Below, piece by piece: positions 1 to 12,100 of a stretch of 33,724 bases of DNA. Made by a program: the position numbers and the translations under genes. Source of the stretch: Acidobacteriota bacterium. GTDB taxonomy: Bacteria; Acidobacteriota; Thermoanaerobaculia; Multivoradales; UBA5704. Each line of letters opens with the position of its first letter. Position 1 is the first letter of the stretch. Below the pieces are notes generated by a model that did not search any database, was not told the origin of the DNA, and was given only the letters and a program-made list of their open reading frames with translations. The stretch lies in NCBI GenBank assembly GCA_040005235.1, contig JBDTZG010000058.1:1-33724 (forward strand). Reading direction: 5' to 3'.

Positions 1-3000
1 GCGCTCTCCGGCCCGCTCGCGTTTGCTCCGTTCGTCGCGGCGCTCTCCGCCGTCGTGGCCCGCCATGCGAGGTTGCGAACCCGGTTCGGCGAACGGGACG
101 AAAAACCGTTCGCCGAGGTCGTGCCCCCGAGCGCATTCTCGGTGCCCCGGATCGATCTCTCGGGTTTGGCCACGAATGCCGAGGCGGAGCGTCTGGCCAC
201 GGCGGAGGGGCGCCGACCGTTCGATCTCCCGCTCGGACCGCTGCTGCGCGTCACGCTGATTCGCCATGGCCCGAACAGCTACGACGCGCTGTTCGTGTTC
301 CATCACATCGCGACCGACGGCTGGTCGATCTCGGTCTTCTCTCGCGAGATGGCGGAGCTGTATGCCGCTGCGCTCGAAATGCGCCCGGCGCGCCTTCCTT
401 CGCTGCCGATCGAGGTTGCCGATTGGGCGGCCTGGCAGCGCGGTTGGCTTTCGGGCGAGGTCTATTCGCGGGAGCTTTCCTGGTGGCGCGATCGACTCGC
501 CGGGGCGCCGGATGTTTTGGAGCTGCCGGCCGATCGGCCGAGGCCGAGCCGGCGCATTCATTCGGCATCGCATTTCGTCTGGCGCGAGCTGTCGCCCGAT
601 CAGACGGCCGCGATCGGGGCCAGAGCGCGGGCCGCGGGCGCTACTGCGTTCATGGTGCTTCTCGCCGCCTGGGCCGGGCTGCTGTCGCGCCTGGGAGCGG
701 GGGCCGATCTGGTGATCGGTTCGCCGGTCGCGAACCGCAACCGGGCCGAGACCGAAGGGTTGATCGGGTTCTTCGTCAACTCGCTGGCGCTGCGGCTCTC
801 GGCCGACCCCGCGGGCTCGCTCGAAGATCTCCTCGCCGGGGCGCGGACGGCGGCGCTCGGCGCTTACGCGCATCAGGACTTCCCGTTCGAGCGCCTGGTG
901 GCCGAGCTGGCCGGTACGCGCGCCGGTACGGGCGGTGGTACGCGGAAAAACGGCGCGCCGCCGATCTATCAGACCTCGCTGGTGTTTCAGAACCTGCCGG
1001 AGCCGGTGATGCTGCCGGGGCTCGAAACCCGTGTCGAGCCGCTTGCCGGCGGCGGACCGAAGGTAGATCTCGGCCTCGGGGTTTCGCCCGTTCGCGAGGA
1101 CGGAGCGGAGCGCTACGCGGTTCGTCTGGAGATCGATCTCGACCTGTTCGATCCGGCGACCGGCGCGCGGCTGCTCGCCGGATTCGAGGCGATGGCCGAC
1201 GCGCTCGCGACGCGGCCGAAGACGAGGCTCCTCGACGCCGAGTTGCTGGGGCCGGCCGAACGCCATCAGCTGCTCGTCGAAGGGGCCGATCGGGATCACA
1301 ATCTGCCGCCCTGGCGGCTGCACGACTTCCTGGCGCGGAACGCGCGCGAGCGGCCCGACGAGCCGGCGGTCGAATCCGAGCACGAGGCCGGCCGCCGTTA
1401 CACCTGGGGCGAGCTCGACGCGCACACCAATCGCCTCGCCCGCCGGCTCGCGGGCCTGGGAGCCGGGCCGGAGCGCGTGATTGGCGTCTCGCTCGAATGG
1501 TCGGTCGATCGGCCGCTCGCGATCTATGCGATCTGGAAGGCCGGCGCCTGCTACCTGCCGGTCGATCCGGAGCTGCCGGTCGAGCGGCGGGCGCTGCTGC
1601 TCGCCGACTCGGGGGCAGTCGCGTTGATCACGCGCGAGCGGTTCTGGGCCGAGCTGACCACGGCGTCGGATGACCCTGCGGCGTGGGCGCCGCTGCTTCT
1701 TGGTGACGATGGCCTGCCGCTCGCGCCGGGACCGGAGGCCGAGCCTAGCGCGGCGCTGCCGGACAACCTGGCCTACATCCTGTACACCTCGGGCTCGACC
1801 GGTGTGCCGAAAGGAGTGGCGGTCTCTCACGCCCACGCCGCGGTGCACTTGGCGGCCATGGTGGATGTCTATCGGATGGACGCGAGCGATCGGGTTCTCC
1901 AATTCGCCGCCGCGAGTTTCGATGTTTCCATGGAGCAGATTGGCATCGCGCTCACCTCGGGCGCCACCCTCGTGGTGCGCGGACCGGAGTTGCCGGCTCC
2001 CGGCGAGCTGTCGTCCTGGCTCGCGCGGCTGCGGATCACCCAGGCGCATCTCTCGACCGCGATCTGGACCGAGTGGAGCTGGTCCGATCCGGCGAGCGCG
2101 CCGCTGCCGCGCGATCTTCGCGCCCTGATCGTCGGCGGCGAGGCGATGAGCGCCGCGGCGGTCGAGCGCTTCGCGGCCCTGCTCGCGACCCGCTCCGCGC
2201 CGCCGGTGTTGTGGAACGGCTACGGCCCGACCGAAGCGGTGATCGACGCCACCCTGCATGAGGTGCGATCCGGCCCCGCCGGCGGTTCGGGCTCGGTGCC
2301 GATCGGCCGACTGCTGCCGCGGCGCACGGGATTTGTGGCCGACCCCTCCGGCGCCCCCCAGACACTCGGCGGGCGCGGCGAGCTGCTGCTCGGCGGCCTG
2401 CTCGCCCGCGGCTACTTCGGCCGGCCGGATTTGACCGCGGAGCGCTTCCGGCCCGACTCCTCCGGCATCGCCCGGCGGCCCGGCGCTCGGGTCTATTGGA
2501 CCGGCGACCGGGCGCGGGTCATCGCCTCCGGCGCGTTCGAGTTTCTCGGCCGCATCGACCAGCAGGTAAAGATCCGCGGCTTCCGCATCGAGCCAGGGGA
2601 GATCGAGTCGGCGCTCGGCCATCATCCGGCGGTCAAAGAGGCGATCGTGCTCGCGCGCGGCGCCGGGGAGTCGAGCCGGCTGATCGCCTGGTTCCGCCCG
2701 CTCACGGCCGGGGGCAGGGCGATCGACCCGCGCGAGCTGCGGCGTTTCCTTGGCGCCGTCCTGCCGGATTACATGATTCCCGCGGCATTCGTCGAGATCG
2801 CCGAGTGGCCGAAGACCGCCACCGGCAAGGTCGATAAGAAGGCTCTCCCCGAACCGTCGCGGGAGAGCGCGGAGCGGATCTTCGTCGCGTTGCGGACGCC
2901 CGCCGAAGAGATCATCGCGGGGCTCTTCGTCGAGCTGCTCGCGCGCGGCGGCGGCGCAGCGGAGCTGCCGCCGATCGGCGGCGACTCGGACTTCTTCGCG

Positions 3001-3130
3001 CTCGGCGGCCATTCGTTGCTCGCCACCCAGCTCGCCTCGCGCCTGCGTAGGACGTTCGAGATCGAGCTGCCGCTCGCCGATCTGTTCGTCGCCTCGACCG
3101 TCGCCGGGATCGCCGAACGGGTGGCGGCGC
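1..3130 (+). other. Module 1 (partial LCL-type C, A, T); A code DVEHIGGIDK
   Basis: HHIATDGWS; FDVSMEQ, ITQAHL, LIVGGE, NGYGPTEAVID; GGHSL. Code read by manual alignment to GrsA-PheA. Confidence 0.85.
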
Positions 3131-6100
3131 TCGCGGGCGGTCCGGCCGCGCCGCCGGTGGAGCGGATTGATCGGATCGAGCGGGAGGGCTCGGCCCTGCC
3201 GCTGTCGTTCGCGCAGGAGCGCATTTGGTTCCTCGATCGGCTGGAGCCGGGCCGGGCGACCTACAACCTCGGCTTCCGGTTGACCCTCGAAGGGCCGCTC
3301 GTGCCTGCGGCGCTCGGCGTCGCTTTCGGCACGGTCGTTTCCCGGCACGAGCCGCTGCGCACCCGGTACCCGCTGGTCGACGATCGGCCGGTGCAGGAGA
3401 TCCTGCCGCCCGAGGAAGGCGGTTCTGCCGCGCTGCCGGCGGTCGATCTTGCCGGCGCGCTCGCCGAGCCGAGTGCCACCGCCGAGGCTCGGCGGATCGC
3501 AAGGGCGTTTGGCCGCCGCCCGTTCGACCTTGCGCGCGGGCCGGTGCTGCGCGCGGCGCGGCTGCTGCGCGGCGCGGAGATCTCCGACCTGCTGTTCGTC
3601 TTCCATCACATCGCGACCGACGGCTGGTCGACGGCGGTTTTTTCGCGCGAGCTGGTGGCGGCCTACGGCGCCGCGATCGAAGGCCGGGCCGCCCCCCTGC
3701 CCGACCTGCCGATCGACTATGCCGACTGGGCGATCTGGCAGCGCCGCCGGCTCTCCGGAGGCTTTTATGACGCCGAGGTCGCCTGGTGGCGCGAACGGCT
3801 GGCCGGGGCGACCGAGATCGCAGAGCTGCCGATCGACCGGCCGCGCCCTGCCAACCCCCGGCGGCTCGCCGCGGCCCTGCGCCACGATCTGCCGGATTCG
3901 CTGTCGGCGGCGCTCGCAGCCCGGGCGCGGGCTTCCGGCGCGACGCTTTTCATGGCGCTGCTTGCCGCCTGGGCCGGCCTGCTCTCGCGGCTCGCGGGCC
4001 ACCGGGAGGGGAGCGACCTGGTGATCGGCACGCCGGTCGCGAACCGCAACCGGGCCGAGACCGAGCCGCTGATCGGGTTCTTCGTCAACTCGCTCGCCCT
4101 CCGGATTTCGACCGAGTCGCCCTCCGGCCTCACGCTATCGGAGCTGCTCTTGCGGACGAAGAGAGCGGCGCTCGCGGCCTACGAGCACCAGGATCTGCCC
4201 TTCGATCGCCTGGTCGCGGAGCTGGGTGGGGGAGCCCGGTTCGGCCAAGCGCCGCCGATCTACCAGGTGCTGATGGGGTTGCAGAATCAGCCCGAGCCGG
4301 TGCTGCTGCCGGGCCTTCGCACGACGTTCGAAGAGCTGGGCGGCGGTACGGCGAAATTCGATCTCTCCCTGGTGGTGTTGCCGGTGCGCGAGCCCGGCAC
4401 AGGAGGGCACGATCGGCTCGCGGCGATGCTGGAGATCGATCTCGACCTGTTCGAAGTCGCGACCGGCGAACGGCTGCTACGCGGTTTTTCGGCGCTCGCC
4501 GCGGAGCTGGCGGCGCATCCGGGTCGGCCGCTCGCCGAAGCGGAGCTGCTCGACCGGTCGGAGCGCCATCAACTGCTCGCCGAATGGAACGACGCGGAGC
4601 TGGCGCTGCCGCCCGTTCGAGTGCACGATTTTCTAGCTCGGCATGTCCGCGAGCGGCCCGACGAGCCGGCGCTCGAATCTGAGCACGAACCCGGTCGGCG
4701 CTATACCTGGCGCGAGCTGGATGCCCACACCGATCGGCTCGCCCGCCGTCTCGCGTTTTTGGGGGCCGGGCCGGAGCGGGTGGTAGCCGTCTCGCTCCCC
4801 TGGTCGGTCGATCGGGCGCTTAGCGTCTACGCGATCTGGAAGGCGGGCGCCTGCTACCTGCCGGTCGATCCCGACTTGCCGGCCGAACGGCGGGCGTTGC
4901 TGCTTTCCGAGGCTCGTGCGGTCGTGCTGATCGCGAGAAATTTGCCGTCCGCGCTTTCCGGGTCGAGCGCAACGGTGACTCCGCTTCTTCTCAGTAAGGA
5001 GAATGGATTCCCGGCGGCCTTCGGACCGGAAGCGATTCCGCGGGCAGCCTTGCCGGAAAACCTCGCCTACCTCATCTACACCTCGGGATCGACGGGAACG
5101 CCCAAAGGGGTCGCCGTCTCCCACCGCCGCGCGGCGGCACATTTCGAAGCCTCCGCCGGCTTCTACGGCTGGAACGCGAGCGATCGGGTGATCCAGCTCG
5201 GCGCGGCTGGCTTCGACCTTTCGGTCGATCAGATCGGCGTTGCCCTTGCCGCGGGTTCAACACTTGTCGTCCGCGGTCCCGAGCCGCCCGCCCCCGCGGA
5301 TCTCTCCGCCTGGCTGGGAGCGCTTCGGATCACCTGCGCGACGCTGCCGACTCCCCTCTGGGCCGAATGGACGCTCGCGACCGAGCCGCTGCCCAAGACA
5401 CTGCGCCGGCTCTACGCGGGCGGCGAAGCGATGAGCGCCGCCGCGGCCGAACGCTTCCGGAAAAAGCTCGCCGCATCGCCCGATCCCCCGACGATGTGGA
5501 ACGCCTACGGACCGACCGAGGCGGTGGTGGTCGCGACCTGCCACGATCTTGCGACGGGTTTCCTGCCGGAGTCCGGCTCGGTGCCGATCGGCCGCCCTTT
5601 GCCGCGCCGGATCGCCTACGTGCTCGACCCCGCGGGCGATCTCCAGGCGCTCGGCGGGCGCGGCGAGCTGGCGCTCGGGGGGCTGCTCGCGCGCGGCTAT
5701 CTCGGACGGCCGGACCTCACCGCCGAGCGGTTCCGTCCCGATCCCTTCGCCGAGAACGAAGGCGCAAGGGTCTATTGGACCGGCGATCGGGTTCGGCGGC
5801 GGGCCGACGGCGCTTTTGAGTACCTCGGCCGGATCGACCGACAGGTGAAGATCCGCGGCGTCCGCATCGAGCCGGGGGAGATCGAAGCGGCGCTCGCCGC
5901 GCACCCGGGAGTCCAAGAGGCGATCGTGCTCGTGCGCGACGCGCCGGGGATTGGGAAGCGGTTGATCGCGTGGTACGTGCCTCGTCCGGGAGAACCCCCA
6001 TCCTGTCCTTCCCCCGGCTCCAACCCTCCCCCTCCCCGGGGGAAGGGACCCTTCGCCGATTTCAAACGCTTTCTGGGAGGGCGACTTCCCGATTACATGG

Positions 6101-9100
6101 TTCCCACCGCTTTCGTCGAGATCGCGGAGTGGCCGCTCACGCCGAATGGCAAAGTGGATCGGCGGGCGCTGCCCGAGCCGGCAATCGAAGCCGAAGGCCC
6201 GGCGCGGATTGCCCTCTCGACACCGATCGAGGAGATCGTCGCCGGAGCGTTCGCCGAGCTGCTCGGAATCAATGACGCACTCGGCGCGGACGCGGAGTTC
6301 TTTTCGCTCGGCGGCCATTCGCTGCTCGCCACGCAGCTCGCCTCGCGCCTCCGCCGGGCGTTCGGGGTGGAGATTCCCCTCGCCGAGATTTTCGCCGCCC
6401 CGACGGTCGCCGGGATCGCCGGGCGGATCGAAAAGAAGCTCACCGAGGGAAGCGATGTAGAGCCGATCCCACGCATGGCAAGACCCGCGGACGTCTCGCT
6501 GTCGTTCGCTCAAGAGCGGCTCTGGTTCATCGATCGGCTGGAGCCGGGGAACGCCACCTACAACGTCGGGTTCCGGCTCATGCTCCAAGGGCGCTTTTCG
6601 CGCGCGGCGCTCGAAGCGGCGCTCGCCGCCGTCGTCGGGCGCCACGAACCGCTGCGCACCCGCTACGCGCAACCGGGCGACCGCGCGCGCCAGGAGATCG
6701 ATCCTCCTAGTTCGAGTCTTTCGTCTCGCTGGCCGCTGGTCGATCTGACCCTCGACGATCGCTCTTCCGCCGCGGAAGCGGCGCGGATCGCTAAGGCCCT
6801 CGGGCGTCGGCCGTTTGACCTCGCGCGCGGCCCGGTCGTTCGCGCGGCGCTTCTGCGGCGCGGGACGGCGTGCCACGACGCGGTATTCACCTTTCACCAC
6901 ATCGCGATCGACGGCTGGTCGATCGCGATCTTCTCGCGCGAGATCGCCGAGCTGTACGGCGCGGCGCTCGAAGGACGGGAAGCGCACCTTCCCGAGCTGC
7001 CGATCGCCTACTCCGATTGGGCGATCTGGCAGCGAGGATGGCTCGCGGGCGACCGCTACGACCGCGAGCTGTCGTGGTGGCGCGGGCACCTTCTCGGAGC
7101 ACCGGAGGCGATCGACCTCCCCGCCGACCGGCCGCGGCCCGCCGCACCGAAACGCCTGGCGACCCAAGTTCGGCGTTCACTGTCGCCCCATCTGTCGCAA
7201 GCGCTCCGAGCCCGCGCTAACGCCGAATCCTCAACCCTCTTCATGACGCTTTTGACGGCCTGGGCGGGCCTCCTCTCGCGCCTGGGCGCGGGCCGCGATC
7301 TCGTCATCGGCACTCCGATCGCGAACCGCAACCGTGCCGAAACCGAAGGGCTGATCGGCTTCTTCGTCAACTCGCTCGCGATCCGCATCGCGGCGGAAGA
7401 ACACGGCGGCCACGGGGGGCCGCCCCTACGGGTTCTGCTCGGCCGGACGCGGGAGGCTTCGGTGGGGGCGTTCGCTCATCAGGATTTTCCGTTTGAGCGG
7501 CTGGTGGCGGAGCTGGGCGGTGCGCGGGGAGGAAACGTTCCGCCGATCTATCAAGTTTCGTTTGCGTTTCAGAACCTCCCTCCGCCGGTGATGCTACCGG
7601 GACTCGTCACCACGGTCGAAGAGCTGGACGGCGGCACGGCGAAGTTGGATCTGGGGCTGGTGGTGACGCCCCTGTCGGGAGGAGGGCTCGCGGCGCAGCT
7701 GGAGCTGAATCTCGACTTCTTCGATCCGGCGACGGGAGCGCGGCTGCTCGCCGGCTTCGAGCGGATGGCGGCGGAGCTGGCAGCGCATCCGGAGAAGGTG
7801 TTGGCGGATGCCGAGCTACTGGGGCCGGCGGAGCGGCAGCAACTGCTCATTGAATGGAGGGAAGGGGATCTCGCGCTGGATCCTCTTCTGGTGCATGACT
7901 TCATCGCGAGGAACGCGCGCGAGCGGCCGGAGGCGTTGGCTCTGGAGTCGGAGCACGAGCCGGGCCGGCGATATTCGTGGGCGGAGGTCGCGGCGCATAC
8001 GGATGTGTTGGCGCGGCGGCTGGCGGGACTCGGGGCCGGGCCGGAAACGGTGGTGGGGGTTTCGCTGGATCGGTCGGTCGATCGGGTTCTGGCGATGTTT
8101 GCGGTGTGGAAGGCGGGCGCCTGTTATCTGCCGATCGATCCGGAGCTTCCGGAGGAGCGGCGGATGTTGCTGCTTGGGGATGCCGGGGCGGTGGTGGTGA
8201 TTTTGAGGGATGTGCCGTCGGGGGATTTGAGGTGGATAGGCACGGTGGCTCCGCTTCTTGTCATTAAGGAGAGCGGGTTGCCGGTGGACGGCGGGCCGGA
8301 GGAGGAGCCGCGTGCGGCATTGCCGGAAAATTTGGCGTACGTCATCTATACCTCGGGCTCGACGGGGATGCCGAAGGGAGTGGGCATTTCGCATGAAGAT
8401 GCCGCCGGTCACTTCGCGTCCGCGGCGGGTTTCTATCGGATGGATGGGACCGACAGGGTGGTCCAATTCGCTTCGGCGAGCTTCGACGTTTCGATGGAGC
8501 AGGTGGGCGTGGCGTTGGCCTCCGGCGGGACGTTGGTGGTTCGCGGGCCGGAGCTGCCGCCGCCGTTGGAGCTTTCGGCCTGGATGACGCGGTGGGGGAT
8601 TACCAACGCGAACCTGCCGACGGCGGTCTGGAGCGAGTGGAGCTGGTCGGATGCGCAGCTTCCTCGGCAGTTGAGGGTGTTGGTGACGGGGGGCGAGGCG
8701 ATGACTCCGGCGGCGGCGGAGCGGTTTCGAGTGCGGCTGAATGAGATGGACGATCCGCCGGTGGTCTACAACGGCTATGGGCCGACCGAGACGGTGGTGA
8801 CGGCGACCTGTTATGACCTTCGCCATGGACGTCTGCCGGAGTCCGGCTCGGTGTCGATCGGCCGTCTGTTGCCGGGACGTTCGGGGCTTGTGGTGGATGA
8901 GTCGGGCAAGATCCAACCGCTCGGCGGCGTCGGCGAGCTGGTGCTGGGGGGCCTGCTCGCGCGCGGCTATCTCGATCGGCCGGACCTTACCGCCGAGCGA
9001 TTCCGTCCCGATCCCTTTACTGACGCTTCTTTCGGAGCGAGGCTCTATTGGACCGGCGACCGCGTAAGGCAGCGGGGCGACGGCTCTTTCGATTACCTCG

Positions 9101-12100
9101 GCCGCACCGACCAGCAGATCAAAATCCGCGGCTTCCGCATCGAGCCGGGGGAGATCGAAGCCGCTCTCGCCCAGCATCCGGGGATCAAAGAGGCGATCGT
9201 GCTCGCCCGCGAAACTCCGGAGACCGGCAAGCGGCTGATCGCCTGGGTCCGGCCGCGCTCCCTGGAGGTCGTGCTCGATTCGGACGAGCTGCGCCGCGAT
9301 CTCTCCAGCCGCCTTCCGGCCTACATGATCCCCTCGGCGTTCGTCCAGATCGAAGAGTGGCCGCTTTCCGCCACCGGCAAGATCGATCGCCGCGCGCTGC
9401 CCGATCCTTCGTTCGATTCAAAGAGCGAGCGAATCGCCCTGCGCACGCCGACTGAGGAGATCGTCGCAGGTCTCTTTGCCGAGCTTCTCGGCGTCTCGGA
9501 TCTCGGTGCGGACTCGGACTTCTTCAACCTCGGCGGCCATTCGCTGCTCGCGACGCAGCTCGCCTCCCGTCTGCGCCGGACGTTCGAGGTCGAGCTTCCC
9601 CTCGCGGAGCTTTTCGCCGGCTCGACGGTCGCCGCGATCGCCGGGCGGATCGATGCACTCGCCGGCCGGCCGCGCCAAGCGAACTTTCCCCTCCTTCGAA
9701 GCGAGCGCCCGGACGACCTGCCGCTCTCATTCGCCCAGGAGCGGCTCTGGTTCCTCGATCGCCTGGAGCCCGGAACTTCGACGTATAACGTCGGGTTCCG
9801 GCTCTCGCTCGACGGCGCGCTCTCGCCCGCGGCACTCGCCTTAGCACTACGCGCGCTCGTCGCGCGCCACGAGCCGCTGCGCACCCGTTTCGCTTTCGTC
9901 GACGATCGGCCGACCCAACGGATCGAGCCGCCCGGCGACTCTTCGCTTTCGGGAATCGATCTTTCGGGGATTGCCGCAGGGAGGGCCCTCGCCGAAGCCG
10001 ACCGAATCGCCCAGGCCGAAGGGCGCCGGCCGTTCGATCTGGCGCGCGGTCCGGTCTTTCGTTCGAACCTCGTCCGGCGGGCGCCGGATCATCACGAGGC
10101 GCTGTTCGTGTTCCATCACATCGCGACCGACGGCTGGTCGACGGGCGTCTTCTCGCGCGACCTGGTGGAGCTGTACGGCGCGGCGCTCGAAACGCGGCCG
10201 GCGGACCTTCCCCCGATGCCGATCGACTACGCCGATTGGGCGCTCTGGCAACGCTCATGGCTCGCGGGCGAGGCGTACGACCGCCAGCTCTCCTGGTGGC
10301 GCGAGCGGCTGGCCGGGGCTCCCGAGGTGATCGACCTGCCGCTCGACCGGCCGCGTCCGGCGCAGCCGAAGCGGCACGCTCAGACGATCCGCCGCGAGCT
10401 GTCGATCGAGCTTTCCTCCGCCGTCGCCCTCCGCGCGCGCAGCGCGAGCGCCACGATCTACATGACGTTGCTCGCGGCGTGGGCCGCGCTGCTCTCCCGC
10501 TTAGGGGCCGGGCGCGATCTGGTGATCGGCCTGCCGATCGCGAACCGCAACCGCGCCGAGACCGAGGGTCTGGTCGGGTTCTTCGTCAACTCGCTGCCGA
10601 TCCGGATTTCGGCCGATCCGGCCCCCGCACCGGATCTGACCCTGGGCGACCTGCTCGCCCGCGCCCGCGCCGCGGCGCTCGGGGCGTTCGCGCATCAGGA
10701 TTTTCCCTTCGACCGGCTGGTGGCCGAGCTGGGCGGTGGTCGCGGCAGTCGCGGCGGCGGCATCCCGCCCGTCTACCAGGTGTCGCTGATGCTCCAGAAC
10801 CTTCCAGCTCCCGTGCGGATGCCGGGGCTCTTGGCCGGCGTCAAAGAGCTGGGCGGCGGCACCGCGAAGCTCGATCTGGGGCTCGCGGTCGTGCCGGTCG
10901 CGGAGGAGGGAACGGAGCGTTTGACCGCGCTGCTGGAGCTGAACCTCGATCTGTTCGATCCGCCGACTGGCGCGCGGCTGCTCGCCGGTTTCGAGGCGAT
11001 GCTTGAGGAGCTTGCGCACCACCCGGAGCGGTCGTTCGCGCAGGCCGAGTTGCTGGCTGCGGCCGAGCGGCACCAACTGCTCGTCGAATGGGTTGATTGG
11101 AACGAGCGGGATCTCGCGCCCGCGCCGCTGTGCGTACACGACTTCCTCGCCCGCCATGCGCGAGAGCGGCCGGACGCTCCGGCGCTCGAATCGGAGCACG
11201 AGCCGGAGCGGCGGTACACCTGGGGCGAGGCGGCCGCGCACACGGATCGCTTGGCCCGCCGGCTCGCCGGTTTGGGCGCGGGGCCGGAGCGGGTGGTGGG
11301 CGTGTCGCTCGAACGCTCCGTCGATCGGGTTCTCGCAATGTTCGCGATCTGGAAGGCGGGAGCCTGCTACCTGCCGGTCGATCCCGAGCTGCCGGCGGAA
11401 CGGCGGGCTTTGCTGTTGTCCGACGCGCGGGCGGTCGTGCTGGTGGCGAGAGAGACGCCGTCGGAGCTGTCGGGCTTGAACCTCAAGGTTGCGCCGCTTC
11501 TTCTTAAGAAAGAGAGCGGATTGCCGATGAACTTCGGACCGGAAGGGATTCCGCGGCCGGCCGTGCCGGAAAACCTGGCGTACCTCATCTACACCTCGGG
11601 CTCGACGGGGCTGCCGAAAGGGGTTGGAATCAGCCATCGGCATGCGGTGGGGCATTTCGCGTCGGCATCGGCTTTCTATCGCATGGATTCGAGCGACCGG
11701 GTGGTGCAGTTTGCGGCGGCGAGCTTCGACGTCTCGATGGAACAGGTCGGGGTGGCGCTCGCCTCGGGGGGAACGCTCGTGGTGCGCGGTCCAGAGCTGC
11801 CGCCGCCGCTGGAGCTTTCGGCCTGGATGACACGGCACGGGATCACCCACGCGAATCTGCCGACGGCGGTCTGGTCGGAATGGAGCCGATCGAAGGCGCC
11901 GTTGCCTAGGGAGTTGCGCGTTCTGGTGACGGGCGGCGAGGCGATGACGCCGGATGCGGCAGAACGCTTCCGCTCGCGCCTCGCGGAGATGGATCGACCG
12001 CCGACGGTCTATAACGGCTACGGGCCGACCGAGACGGTGGTGACTGCCACCTGTTACGACTTGAGATGGGGCCGCCTGCCCGAATCGGGCTCCGTGTCGA

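Noticed and set aside
55-57. ORF-track start of NRPS-1 at 55
   Set aside because: The frame is open from base 1 and lies mid C domain, so the true start is upstream of the window.
8985-8994. ops-like (RfaH) element GGCGGTAAGG
   Set aside because: It is only a partial match, lies on the template strand, and is explained by Asp-Leu-Thr-Ala codons.
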